A DNA stretch of 64,000 bases, taken from contig CAWHCF010000050.1 of NCBI GenBank assembly GCA_963827655.1, forward strand, positions 123,775 to 187,774, read 5' to 3'. Shown here in pieces: positions 29,036 to 41,800 of this stretch (positions within the stretch are counted from its first letter, which is position 1; every line of letters begins with the position of its first letter). The notes under the pieces were generated by a model. It saw only the letters and a list, made by a program, of their open reading frames with translations, had not been told where the DNA came from and searched no databases. The translations under genes and the position numbers were made by a program. The DNA comes from an uncultured Acidobacteriota bacterium. Lineage in GTDB: Bacteria; Acidobacteriota; UBA6911.

Positions 29036-31950
29036 ATGCCCGGTCGGACTGTATCCCACTACCGGATCCTGGAAAAAATTGGCGCGGGCGGCATGGGAGT
29101 CGTCTACAAGGCACACGACACCAAGCTCGACCGGTTCGTGGCGCTGAAGTTTCTGCCGCCGGATGCCGGCGCAGATTCCGATGAAAAGCATCGTTTCCTG
29201 AACGAGGCGCGAGCCGCTTCGGCGTTGGATCATCCCAATATCGGCGTCGTGTATGAAATTGACGAAACCGACGACGGGCAGATGTTCATCGCTATGTCCT
29301 ATTACCCGGGCGAAACGCTCAAGCAGAAAATCGCGCGGTCCCGCCGCGACGGCGAAACCACAGCCGACACGGTGGGGGTCGGACTTGCCGTGCCCGAGGC
29401 GCTGAATCTGGCGCTGCAGATCGCGAGGGGGCTTGCCAAGGCGCATGAGCACGGAATCGTCCACCGCGACATCAAGCCCGGGAACGTCATGGTCACGGCC
29501 GACGGTGGCGTCAAGATCATCGATTTCGGACTGGCCAAGCTGAGCGATGCGACCGCCACCATCAGACCCACGACCAAGGGCACGGTCGGCTATATGTCGC
29601 CTGAACAGGCCCTGGGGAAGGATGTCGACGCGCGGTCGGATGTGTGGAGCCTGGGTGTGACGCTGTATGAAATGCTGGCTGGCGAGTTGCCGTTCCGTGG
29701 CACGAACCAGGCGGCGCAGATCCATGCCATCCTGACTGCGGAACCCGTGTCGCTTGGCAAACTGCGTTCGGATGTGCCCGAAGACGTCGAGCGAGTGGTG
29801 GCGCGGGCGATGGAGAAAGATGCGGCGAGGCGCTATGGGTCCGCAGCGGAAATCGCACGGGACCTGGCGGAGTGTCAGGCACGGATGTCGGCGCCGCTGA
29901 CAGCAGCCCCGGATTTGAAGCGCTGGATCGCGCGGCCCGCCGTAGTCGTGCCGGCGGCTCTGCTGCTTGTGGCTTTGGTCGCAGGGGGGGTGATGGTCTA
30001 TCGGAGGAACGCCCAGGTCCGATGGGCGCGCGAGGAGGCGTTGCCGCTGATCGCTCAGCTTGAGGAGCAGGACAAGATCAGCGCGGCCTTTCAGTTGGCA
30101 CAACAGGCCGACCGGGTAATCGCCGGAAACCGGCACTGGTCAAGATAATGGATAGCCTTTCGGTTCCATTCAGCTTCGACACGGATCCCCCGGGTGCCGA
30201 TGTCGAAATCAGGGACTTTGTCGACAACCAGGCTGATTGGATGCCGCTCGGCAAGTCGCCCATCAGAAACGCGCGGGTGCCCAGGACTTATCTACGGTGG
30301 CGAGTCTCCAAGCCGGGATTTGCCCTGCTGCAGGGCGCCCAGTCCGCTTCGGGCAACACTCCCAGGGTAAAGATGGAGCGTGAAGGCATCGCCCCTGCCG
30401 GAATGGTCCGAGTCGCCGGCGGCGCCTACACAGTGAATGTAGGCCAGGTAGGACAACTGCCGATGGCGACCGTCGAACCATTCCTTATCGACCAGTACGA
30501 AGTGACCAACCGGCAGTTCAAAGAGTTCATCGATGCCGGCGGATATCAAAAACCGGAGTTCTGGAAACACAAGTTCCTGAAAGACGGGCAGGAGCTGACC
30601 TGGGAGCAGGCCCTGAATGAGTTTCGAGACTCGACAGGCCGGCCCGGCCCGTCAACCTGGGAGGGAGGCCGCTTTCCAGAGGGCCAGGCCGATTACCCGG
30701 TGGCCGGCGTGAGCTGGCACGAAGCTGCGGCCTATGCGGCATTCGCCGGCAAGCAACTGCCCTCCTTGTACCACTGGTACAAGGCGGCAGACCCGAACAC
30801 CTCGGCCCTGGTCAGTTTGTCCAGCAACTTCTCTCGAACCGGGCCCGCGCCGGTAGGAAAGTATCAGGGAATCGGGCCGAGCGGCACCTATGACATGGCG
30901 GGCAACGTCAAGGAATGGTGCTGGACCGAAACGGGCGGCGGCTTTCGCTTCATCCTCGGTGGAGGCTGGAATGAGCCGACCTACATGTTTCATGACGGCG
31001 ACGCGCGCTCGCCGTTTGACCGTTCTGCGCAGAACGGATTTCGCTGCATGCGGTCTCTCGGCTCAGTGGATCAAAAAGCGCTCGCGCCGGTGCAGCGCAT
31101 TTTTCGCGACTACGGCAAAGAAGAACCGGCGTCCGACGAGGCGTTTCGCATCTTCAGGAGGCTCTACGATTACGATCGCACGGACCTGAAACCCAAAGTC
31201 GAATCGGTTGACGAAGGTGAGGCCGGATGGATCAAACAGAAGGTCTTGATCGACGCTGCCTATGGCAACGAACGCCTGCCACTCTATCTTTTCATTCCGA
31301 AGAACGCCAGGCCTCCCTATCAAACCGTGGTGTTTTGCCCAGGCGCCGGCGCTCTGCGAGCGCCCACCAGCCAGGAGCTTTTTCACTTCAAGACCACGCT
31401 GGACTTCGTCATCCAGAGTGGCCGGGCGGTAGTCTATCCGGTTTACAAGGATATGTACGAGCGCCGCGGCGTCTTTGAACGGCCGCTGACGCTGGTCGAG
31501 GCTAGAGAACGATTTGTGGCAATCACCAAGGACCTGTGCCGCGCGGTCGACTATCTGGAGTCGCGGAAGGAATTTGACTCCACCCGGCTGGCATATATGG
31601 GAAAGAGCTTTGGAGCAGCGCAGGGCGTGGTCTGGAGCACGGTCGAAGAACGGTTCCGGACCGTCATCTATGTCGACGGCGGCTTCTACTTTACACCGAG
31701 GCTGCCCGAGGTCGACGCAATCAATTTCGCTCCCCGCATGCGCCGGCCGGTTCTGATGCTGAGCGGCCGCTACGACTTTACATTCCCACTCGAGACCTCG
31801 CAGCGCCATATGTTCCGGTTGCTGGGAACACCGGAGAAAGACAAGAAGCACGTGTTGTTTGACACGGCGCACGACGTCACTGTCAAGCGGAGCCAGTTCG
31901 TCAAGGAAGTGCTGGATTGGCTGGACAAGTACCTCGGGCCCGTGCGTTAG
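29036..31950 (+). CDS. Ser/Thr protein kinase - TM - FGE-sulfatase domain - alpha/beta hydrolase fusion (frameshift near 30130)
   Basis: Kinase motifs GAGGMG, VALK, HRDIKPGN, DFG and SPE, then a TM. FGE domain YEVTN..F, PVAGVSW.EA, DMAGNVKEW, GFRC. Hydrolase elbow GKSFG with D and H candidates. One added C at aaccggc joins the two ORFs (GNPALVKIMDSL). Confidence 0.85.
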
Positions 31951-32018
31951 TATGGCCATCCGGTGATGAGAAATCGCTTTCCAGAGCGGCTTTCAGGCTT
32001 CGTATACTGCGAAACCTG

Positions 32019-32047
32019 TTGACACTCGCCCGGCAGGGTAATAGTGT
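32019..32047 (+). promoter_or_regulatory. Putative sigma-70 promoter TTGACA-N17-TAGTGT
   Basis: Consensus -35, a 17-nt spacer and a TAnnnT -10, about 465 nt upstream of the receptor start. Confidence 0.4.
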
Positions 32048-32513
32048 CGCGGCCAGACCAGGCCCAAAACATTAACGTGGGCTCCCGGCAGTTTGAAAGG
32101 ACGTGTCTTGATACCTGTGGCTGGGATATCGGCTTTAGCGAGAGCGCCAAGAGTCTAGTCTTTGCGCTCGAACGTCATGCCGGCCAATACGGACGTTGCT
32201 CGACAGGCTGGAATAGCGGTGACACATCAACCTCATCCGGGCGCTGATCGAAAGCTCGGAAAGTTCGCGCAAAATCTCCAGGTACATCTCCCGACGACAG
32301 TTCCCAAGAGCATCTCTCCCCCTGCTTCAAACAGCCACGCATGACTGCCGACGCGTCTTCGGTCCAGTCTGGTCCGCAAGGGTCGCGGTAACATTCTCCG
32401 TTTCTTCGACCGCGATGCCTTGCCACCGCCGCGGAGACCACGAAGGTCGTGCTGCTTCGGAATGCGGCGACGAGGTGTTCAGCCTACATCGGTAGAACAG
32501 GGGAGGAATCAAA

Positions 32514-35500
32514 ATGAGACGGATATTTCAATTATTGTCTGGCCTTGCCTTATTGACGCTCATTCGGCTTTCTGCCCAGATTTCATACGCGCAACATGCT
32601 CAAATCACCGGAAGGGTCACAGACCCGAGTGACGCGGTGGTACCAGGTGTGGAGATCACCATCACCAACGTTCAGATGGGCATACAAAAGACGACTGTCA
32701 CGAACGATTCGGGAATATACGTCGTTCCATTCCTGGTTCCTGCGATGTACGCGATGAAGGTGGAGCTGGCAGGATTCAAATCGATCACGCGCTCGGCCAT
32801 CAAGCTGGAGGTCGACCAGGTGGCCAGGATCGATTTCACGCTCGAGGTCGGCGCAGTAACGGAATCGGTCACCGTTACGGGAGGTGCGCCGCTCTTGCAG
32901 TCCGAGTCCAGCGGAGTAGGACAGGTCGTCGGTCAAAAGAAGGTTGTCGATCTTCCCTTGAACGGCCGCGACTTCACCCAGCTGGCCACTCTGACGCCAG
33001 GGGCTCTGGCCAGCGGAAGCAGCGCTAACCTGGGAGGAGGTCCCCGGATCGTGCTCAACGGTATGCGCGCGTCGAAGACGGCGTTCTTTATCGACGGGGT
33101 CAATGCGTCCAACCAATGGGTCGACGGCGTAGTCGTGCAGCCTGCGCCCGACGCCATTCAGGAATTCAAAGTGCAGTCGAACGCGCTCAGCGCCGAGTTC
33201 GGTCAGGGGGGAGGGATCATCAGCATCGAGCTGCGGTCGGGCACAAACGACTACCACGTAACGTTGTTCGAATTCATACGCAACGACGTTCTGGACGCTC
33301 GCAATTTTTTCAACGCTCCGCCCGCCAAGCAGAGTATTCTGAAGCAAAACCAGTTCGGGTTCACGGCCGGCGGTCCGGTAATCAAGGACAAGACCTTCTT
33401 CTTCGGCGACTACCAGGGAAGGCGTGAACGCCGCGGAGTCATTTTCAATAACCCCGTCGGCTCCGTGAAAATGCGCGGCGGAGATTTTTCCGAATTGAGC
33501 GCGACAATCTTCGACCCGGCGACGACGCGGCCGGACCCTGCGAACCCCGGGAGGACCATTCGCGATCCATTCCCGGACAATAAGATTCCGTCCAACCGGC
33601 TGTCCCCGCAAGCGCTGTACTTTATCGAAAACAATTACATCCTGCCTCCCAACACCCCCGAGGGAAACTACAATCGTTCGGGTAGCCGCATTTCCGATAC
33701 CGACCAGTTCGATCTTCGCGGCGACCACCAGCTTGCGGCGCAACACCTCCTTGTTTGGTTCTTACAGCTTTCAGCAGAATACGTTGGTCAGTCCTGGCCT
33801 CTTCCCGACCAATGGAGCGGCCGGCGACCTGACCCGGACCCAGCGGACCAGCGCGGGTCTGATCCATACTTTCAGTCCTCGCCTGATCAACGAGGTCCGG
33901 GCCGGCTATACGCGCGCCCGATCCATCAACGAAGCACAGGGCGTCGGGGAGACCAACTATACGGTGGAGTCGGGAATTGGCGGCTTCGGCGAAACCAGCG
34001 CGAGGTTTCCCGGCTTTCCTGGATTCGCCATTACCGGTTACGGCGGGATCGATGCCTTGACCTTCCGGCCCGGTTTCCGCAGGAGCAATCAATACAATGT
34101 GATCGATAATCTGACCTGGGTCCGCGGCGAACACAATCTCAAGCTGGGCTTCGATTTGAGATGGTTCTCGGTAGTCGACGAGAACTGCGCCTTCTGCCGT
34201 TCGAACTTCGCGTTTACCGGAACCTACACGGGAAATGGCTTCGCGGATTTCATGCTGGGCATCCCCTTCCAGGGCTTTCGCTCGTTTCCCCGAGATCAGG
34301 TCGGCATTCGCCGGGAGACATCACAGCATTTCTACTTCCAGGACGACTGGAAGGTGGCTCCCAACCTGACGCTCAACCTCGGCGTGCGCTACGAGATGAT
34401 TCACCCGCCGCGACCCACACGGCATGCCTCTGCCATCTTCGATGCCAGCATCGGCAAGATCATTGTAGGAAGCGATGAGAACGGGGAGTTCGACCTTACC
34501 TCCCAGCAGGTGGCCCGGTTCGTGTATCCGCTCTTTTCAGACATCATCGTGAGCGACAAGTCCGTGGGACGCAACGACTCGATGAGGTTCCTGGACAAGA
34601 ACGACTGGGCGCCTCGCGTGGGCATCGCCTGGAGGCCGGTGGGTGACCTCGTCATCCGCGCCGGATACGGAATCTTTTATGGTCTCCAGCAGGTGAACCG
34701 GACCAACTCGACCCTGGTCGCCAGCCCTCCGTTCCTCGCCGACGAACGGTCGGTCTTCAATAGCTCGCCGGCGCCGACCTTCGACCTCACGAATTTCTTC
34801 ACGCCATTCTCGGCCGGGTCGGAAGCCCTTTCTCTGCAGGGTCCCTTTGCCTTCCAGGTTGATTCTCAAATGAGAACCCCCTACTTCCAGCAGTGGAACC
34901 TCACGCTTCAAAAGGCGATCACTGGAGTGGTATCGATCGAGGCCGGCTACGTGGCCAGCAAGGGGACCAAGATCGAGTACTCGCGTCCGATTAACCGGCC
35001 CGATCCGGGCGCCGGCACCATTCAGGTCCGGCGGCCGTTCCCTCGCCTGGGCGACCTGTTTTCCGTTGAGAACAGCGGATTCTCGAATTACCAGTCGTTT
35101 CAAAGCAAAGTTGAAATCAAGAGCTGGCGCGGTCTTTCGTTCCTCGGAGCGTATGCTTTCGCGAAGTCGATCGACAACATCAGCAGCGACCCTCAGGGCG
35201 ACAGCGTGCAAAATGCTCTCAGAACCGATCTGGAAAAGGGTTCTTCAGACTTTGACATCAGACAACGCTTCACGTTCAGCAGCAACTACGCTCTTCCATT
35301 TGGAAACGGCGTTGCGGGTCCGGGCGGCTATCTGATCAGGGACTGGGAAATTGCCGCGATCTTGACCTTGCAGTCGGGTTCTCCGTTCACGCCGGTGATT
35401 TCAGCAGACACAGCCAACGTCGGCGCAACGGCGCGCCGGCCGGATCGCGTCGCGAGTGGATTTTTAGACAACCCCACGCTTCTGAGATTTTATGATGTTT

Positions 35501-35784
35501 CGGCCTTCAGGGTTCCGGAGCCATTCAATTACGGCAACGGCGCGCGAAACATTCTCATCGGTCCGCCGCTGAACAACCTCGATTTTCTGATCATGAGAAA
35601 TTTCCGCTTCAACGTGCCGTGGAGCGAAGACGCTAACTTCCAGTTTCGGGCAGAGTTCTTCAATTTCACCAATACGCCGCACTTCGCGAACCCGGTGAAC
35701 AACATTCAGGCGGCAAGCGCGGGACGAATCCTGAGTGCGGCGCCGGCGCGAGAGATACAGTTTGGGTTAAAGCTGATGTTCTAG
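32514..35784 (+). CDS. TonB-dependent receptor with carboxypeptidase-regulatory-like N-terminus (frameshift near 33740)
   Basis: Signal peptide, GRVTDPSDAVVPG, LPLNGRDF, DAIQEFKV, QDDWKV, RAEFFNFTN and C-terminal REIQFGLKLMF. GGAGG RBS. Confidence 0.9.
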
Positions 35785-35825
35785 GAACCATCGTCATCCC
35801 TAAGAAGGATGCGCGAGACAGAAAA

Positions 35826-37139
35826 ATGATGATATTGAGACTGATCGAGGCTTGTCTTTGTTCGACGCTTGTTGCATGCATGGTTGGATGGTGTGTCACC
35901 CCGGCCGCCGCTGCGACTCTGCGCGCCTCTTGCGTGAAGATTGATATCACTCCAGAGGGCAGCCAATGGTTACTGGGTTACGCCGCGAGACAGTCCGAGG
36001 GCGTGCACGACAGACTCTTTCACCGGATTGTTGCTCTCGCCGACGGGAAGACCGAATTCATTCTGGCTTCGTCGGATCTGGCTCTCGTCTCTCCGTCGCT
36101 GGTCGACGATACGTTGCGGCAGCTCGAGAAGGAGACCGGCCTCAAGCCGCAGCAAATCTGGTGGACTGCAACTCATACCCATTCCGCGCCCGAAGTGGGT
36201 CCACCGGGTCTGGCGTCGTTGTTTCTCGGAGACAGGTACAAGCACGAACCCAACCCTGAGTACTCGGGTCGGGTGATACAGGCGTTCATCGAGGGAATCA
36301 AGCAAGCCCGGGCCCGGCTGGAACCTGCCCGCCTGGGCGCAGGAACGGGGTTGTCGCTGGCCAACATCAACCGGCGCGCCAAGGATGCCGATGGCCGGGT
36401 CTCTCTGGGATTGAACCCGGAGGGCCCGGTGGATCGACAGATCGGACTCATCCGCCTCGAGCGGATGAACGGGTCACCGCTGGCTTTGATCGTGAACTAC
36501 GCCATGCACGGGACGGTTCTGGGGGGCAGGAATCTTCAGATCAGCGGAGACGCCCCCGGAATCGTCGCTGAATACGTCGAGCAAAAGCTGGGCGCACCCA
36601 TGTTGTTCATAAACGGCGCCGCCGGAAACGTGGCGCCGATCTATAGCGGTTACGCGGATTTCAGGAGCGGGCACATCACCCAGTTCAACGTGCTGCTGGG
36701 AGACAGGATTCTGGCGGCAAATCTGCTGATTGCCAGGACGACCGCGGACGTCAATCTCTGGATTGGCCAGAAGGTTATCGAGACGCCGCGAAAGCCCGGA
36801 CTGGGCTGGGTGGACTCTTTGAATCCATACCTTCGGGTGACGAGCGACGGTTCGACCGTGGTTCGGATACCGGTCACTTTCTTGAAGATCAATAGTGATG
36901 TCCTGGTCTGGGCGGCGCCACTGGAGCTTTTCAATGAGATTGCGGTAAGTGTGCGGAATCACTCTCCATATCCTTTCACCTTCTATTTCGGATATAGTAA
37001 CGGCTGGCTTGGATACTTGACTACTGCGGAAGCCTTCAACGAAGGAGGTTACGAACCGGGTGTTTCTCCGTTCACGGCTCAGGCCGAGGCGGATTTCACC
37101 AATGGCGTGATCACGTATCTCCAGGCCATTTCTAGATAG
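35826..37139 (+). CDS. Neutral/alkaline ceramidase-family amidohydrolase, secreted
   Basis: KIDITP, GVHDRL, ATHTHSAP, NRR, NYAMHGT, FINGAAGNV and GGYE motifs. Confidence 0.82.
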   Translation: MMILRLIEACLCSTLVACMVGWCVTPAAAATLRASCVKIDITPEGSQWLLGYAARQSEGVHDRLFHRIVALADGKTEFILASSDLALVSPSLVDDTLRQLEKETGLKPQQIWWTATHTHSAPEVGPPGLASLFLGDRYKHEPNPEYSGRVIQAFIEGIKQARARLEPARLGAGTGLSLANINRRAKDADGRVSLGLNPEGPVDRQIGLIRLERMNGSPLALIVNYAMHGTVLGGRNLQISGDAPGIVAEYVEQKLGAPMLFINGAAGNVAPIYSGYADFRSGHITQFNVLLGDRILAANLLIARTTADVNLWIGQKVIETPRKPGLGWVDSLNPYLRVTSDGSTVVRIPVTFLKINSDVLVWAAPLELFNEIAVSVRNHSPYPFTFYFGYSNGWLGYLTTAEAFNEGGYEPGVSPFTAQAEADFTNGVITYLQAISR

Positions 37140-37364
37140 CCACAATCGCGTTTTGCTCCTCCTTCGGAAGAGAGTCAGCGGCGGACTTTCCCAAACCTGC
37201 CTCAGGGAAGGCGGCGCTGTGCGGCAGTGAGCCAGCCGCCAAAGGTTGCCGGCTGTACGTATGGTGTCCCGCTTGGAGGGATCTCTTCTCGGTGACCTTC
37301 CGCGGATGCGTGCGCGCATTCGGGCGAAGCAGCTTCGCCAAATCGAGGCGAGCGGGTCATCAGA

Positions 37365-37540
37365 CCCGTCGCAAGTAACGTGATCGGGAGCGATTTAGCC
37401 TTAAAAGTTCTTTGGTGCCACTAGGGGGCCCGGACGGGCTTGATAGCCCGTCCGCACATGTACCGGGGGGTTTTGCAACAGTCTCCTGATGACCCGCGCG
37501 CCGTTCGCTGATTTTTTCCACAGCTTCTCACGGCCGGGCT
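37365..37540 (-). mobile_element. Truncated MITE-B followed by a MITE-A end
   Basis: cggacgggcttgatagcccgtccgcacatg...ttttgcaacagtctc (end 37485), then ctgatgacccgcgc and ttcgctgattttttccacagcttct-cacggccggg. Confidence 0.7.
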
Positions 37541-37644
37541 AGTCCTTCGCCCTTCGGGCGACTGGCTAAGCAAGTTCTGCCGATACAAGGCGGTAGCAAG
37601 CTACGGCACTTCCGCAGCGCCGGAAACAGGAAAGAGAAACCGTC

Positions 37645-38799
37645 ATGACCGACCGAGGGTTTGATGAACTCGAACGGGCGCTCGAGTCCGGCGGCGCCGC
37701 GGCCGCGTTCGATCTTCTGACCAGGAATTTCCGCGCAGAGAAGCGATACCCCTTGCTGTTCGAGGCAATGATCATGAACAAACGGCGCCAGCTCGGATTG
37801 CCGTTGATTGCCACCGGCAGCCTCGAGGATATGCCGTCAGAAACGCAAAGCCAGTTGCACGAAGCCTACGTCGCCGCGGCTCGGGAGGTGGGCGGCCTGT
37901 TTCTCTCGGACGGCGATATCCCGGCCGCCTGGCCTTATTTCCGGGCGATCGGGGACCCGGAGCCGGTGGCCGCGGCGATCGAGAAGGAAACCGCGCGAGA
38001 GGGAATCGAACCCATCATCGACATCGCTTTCAATGAGGGAGTCCACCCCTACAAAGGCTTCCAGCTCATCATGGCCCAGTACGGCCTGTGCCGGGCCATT
38101 ACCGTGCTCGAGCAGTATCCTCACCGAAAGGGTCGAGAGGACTGCGTCGACCTTCTGGTCCGCTCCCTGCATGGGGAGGTACTCGAAAGCCTCAGGAGGA
38201 CCATCGCCGAAAATGAAGGCAAGGCGCCCGAGTCTCGCAGCATTGTCGAACTGATCTCGACGCGTGACTGGCTCTTCGGGGAGTGGGCCTATTATGTGGA
38301 CACGTCGCATTTAATCTCTACCATCCGCCTGAGCGCGGACTTGAAGGATCGCGAGATGCTGAACCTTGCCGTCGAGCTCACGGAATACGGCAAGCGGCTG
38401 TCGCATCACTTTCACTACCGCGGCGATCCACCCTTTGAGAATATCTATGCCGATTACGGGATCTATCTGCGTGCGTTGCTGGGCGAGGATGTGGATGGGG
38501 CGATCGCGCACTTTCGCGGCAAAATCGAGGAGAGCGATCCGGGGCAGGTAGGAAGCGGTCCGGCTGAAGTCCTGGTCGGCCTGCTGGCCAGGCTCGGTCG
38601 CTTCCGGGAGGCCATCGAACTCTCGATCGAGCGTCTGCCGGAGGCTGGTCCTGACCAGCTCTCTTGCCCATCCCTGATCCAGCTCTGCCAGCTCGCCGGT
38701 GATTTCGAGCAGCTGCGGAGACTGGCGCGTGAACGAGGAGACCTGTTGAACTTCACGGCCGCGATGCTCCAGGGAGCGCCGCAAAACAAACACCCCTAG
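37645..38799 (+). CDS. Alpha-helical hypothetical protein
   Basis: 384-aa ORF with normal codon usage and a purine-rich RBS region. No catalytic motif recognised. Confidence 0.75.
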   Translation: MTDRGFDELERALESGGAAAAFDLLTRNFRAEKRYPLLFEAMIMNKRRQLGLPLIATGSLEDMPSETQSQLHEAYVAAAREVGGLFLSDGDIPAAWPYFRAIGDPEPVAAAIEKETAREGIEPIIDIAFNEGVHPYKGFQLIMAQYGLCRAITVLEQYPHRKGREDCVDLLVRSLHGEVLESLRRTIAENEGKAPESRSIVELISTRDWLFGEWAYYVDTSHLISTIRLSADLKDREMLNLAVELTEYGKRLSHHFHYRGDPPFENIYADYGIYLRALLGEDVDGAIAHFRGKIEESDPGQVGSGPAEVLVGLLARLGRFREAIELSIERLPEAGPDQLSCPSLIQLCQLAGDFEQLRRLARERGDLLNFTAAMLQGAPQNKHP

Positions 38800-38850
38800 G
38801 ACGCAAAGACACGAAGAAACACCAAGAATATCTATTGAGACGAGGTATTT

Positions 38851-41800
38851 ATGCGATTTGTACGAGCTCTTCAGTTACGGACTGCGGAGCGTCCCCTCCG
38901 CCTCACTTTGTCTAACCGTCGTACTAGCGGCCCTGGTGATGCAGGGCTCAGCCTTCGGACAGGTTCTCTACGGCTCATTGACCGGCAATGTGAGCGACGC
39001 CTCGGGCGCCAGCGTGCCCGGGGCGACGGTCGAAGCCGTGAACGTCGGGACGGGAATCGTGAAGCAAACGATCAGCGACGATCGCGGTGGCTACCTGTTC
39101 AGCGATCTGCAGACCGGGACGTACCGCGTGACTGTCTCGGCGCCGTCGTTCCGCTCGGTCGTCCACGAAAGAGTGGCGGTCAATGCCAATACGGTCATGC
39201 GGCTGGATACCCGCCTCGAAGTCACCCAGGTGGCGGAGACCGTCACGGTATCCGCCGAGGTCGCGGCACTCCAGACGGACCGCGCCGATGTGAGCTCTCA
39301 GATCGAAAACACCCAGATATCCAACCTTCCCATCGGGAGCGGGCGCAATTTCCAGCAGCTGTACAAACTGATTCCGGGCGCCAGTCCGCCGGCTGATGCG
39401 CATTCCGATGCGGGAAATCCGCAGCGCGCCCTCATCACCAACTTCAACGGGGTTTCCTACTCGAACAACAACACGCGTCTGGACGGAGCGACGGTCAGCT
39501 ACCCCTGGCTGCCGCATATCGTTGCCTATGTGCCCCCGGCCGAAGCGGTCGAGACGGTGAATGTCGTCACCAACAGTTTCGACGCCGAGCAGGGAATGGC
39601 GGGCGGGGCGGCGGTGAACGTCGCCATCAGGTCCGGCACCAACGATTTCCACGGCAGCCTGTATGAGTTCCATACCAACAGCGCGCTGCGCGCCCGAAAC
39701 TTCTTCTTTGTGGGCGATCAGCTTCCCAAGAACATCTTCAATCAGTTCGGCGGCACCTTCGGGGGACCGATCGTGAAGAACAAGCTCTTCTTCTTTGGCG
39801 ACTGGGAGCGCACCGTCCGCCGGCAGAACGCCTCCGCGTTTCGGACCGTTCCCACCGAGGGGCTGAGCCGGGGCGATTTTTCGGGGACTGGAGCGCTGAT
39901 CTACGATCCCCTCACCGGCAACCCGGACGGCTCCGGGCGGCAGCCGTTTCCCAACCAGAGTATCCCGCAGAACCGCTTCGACCCGGCCTCGGTAAAAATG
40001 ATCCAGCTCATCCCCGCGCCTAACCTTGCAGGCTTCACCAACAACTATTTCGCGAGCGGGACGTACGAATTTAACCGCGACAACTTCGACTTCAAGGTCA
40101 ACTACAACCCCACGGCGCTCGCGTCTATGTTTGTGCGCTACTCCATTTCGCCGAGCGAGATTTTCGATCCGCCCTCCCTGGGAGAAGCCGGCGGAGACGC
40201 CCTGGCGGGCGGGCAGCCTGGCCGGGCTCCGGGCCGGGTGCAGAGCGCCGCCGTCGGCGGCACCTACACCGTTTCACCGCGCGTCCTGATCGACGGCAAC
40301 ATCGGGTTCACGCGCCAGCGCCTGGGGGCGCAGAACGTCGATATTGACCAGAACTACGGCCTCGATTTCCTGAACATCCCCGGTACCAATGGTCCGGACC
40401 CGCTGCAGGGAGGCTACCCCCGGTTTGTAATTACGGGCTTTTCATCAATTGGAAATCCCAACGTGTCGAACCCTTTCCTGTTTCGCGACAACCAGTACGT
40501 GACGGCCGGCAACGTAGGCTGGACGAAGGGATCGCACTCGCTGCGCTTTGGCGGCGAGTACACCTACTACACGATCAATCATTTCCAGCCCCAGGCAGCC
40601 AATGGCCCGCGCGGCGGCTTCAATTTTACCGGTGGCCTTACTGCGTTGCTTGGTGGGGCCGGGCCCACACAGTTCAACAGTTGGGCCGACTTTCTTCTGG
40701 GCCTTCCCCAGGCTATGGGCAAAGACCTTCAGTACGTCAACCCCTCCGCGGTCCGCATGCCTTCATGGGGTGTGTACTTTCGAGACCAGTGGCAAGTGAA
40801 TCGAAAGCTCACCCTCAATTACGGCATGCGCTATGAATACTATCCGTTCGCGAGGCGCGATCACCGGGGAGCCGAGCGCTACGACCCCGCTACCGACAAG
40901 GTGCTCATCGGCGGCCTGGGTAATGTCCCTGAAGATACCGGGGTGGACGTCGGCGCCGGACAGATCGCTCCCAGGTTCGGCATCGCTTACCGCGTGACCG
41001 AGAACACGGTGGTGCGCGCCGGCTACGGCATCAGCGTCGATCCCAACTCCTTCCGCAACCTGCGCGACGCCTATCCGGTGACGATTTCGTCGCAGTTCTC
41101 GGGCGCTTCCACGCTCCGGGCCGCCGGCTCGCTGCGGACGGGCATCCCTGAAACCACGGGTCCGGACCTGACCCAGGGCATCGTCGACCTGCCGCTCGCC
41201 GTCGGGACCCAAACGTTTCCGCTGGAGTTCAACCGAGGTTACATTCAATCTTTCAACTTCACCATCCAGCGCGACATTGGAGCAGACTTCTACGTGCAGG
41301 CCGCCTACGTGGGCTCGCGCGCCATCCGCCAGACGGCCAATGTCAACATCAACGCCGCTCAAGGACCTGGGGGCGGCAACAGCGGCCGCGCCCTCTTCCC
41401 CCAGTACGGGCGCATTGCCAACATCAACATGCTGATGCCGTTTAACACCGCGCGCTACGACGCGCTTCAGACTCGCGTGACGCGGCGTCTCGGCGCCTCC
41501 CAGTTCGGTTTGTCCTACACGTTCTCCAAATCGATCAACTACGCGGACCAGAGCGATTCGGGCCTCACCTGGCACTGGGTCGAGATGTGGGACCGCAACC
41601 GCGCGCTCGCCGGCTTTGACCGCACCCATAACCTCCAGATCTACGGAATCGCCGAGCTGCCGTTCGGCCGTGGAAAGAAGTGGGCCACTCAGGGCCTGGC
41701 CGCCGCGCTCGCCGGCGGCTGGCAGCTCAACAGCATTTTCAGTATGACCAGCGGCACTCCGTTTAATGTGACGGCGGTCGCGACGTCGTTGAATTCGCCG

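Noticed and set aside
32050-32513. Cobalamin or TPP riboswitch upstream of the TonB-dependent receptor
   Set aside because: I could not find the conserved B12-box or TPP core motifs by eye.
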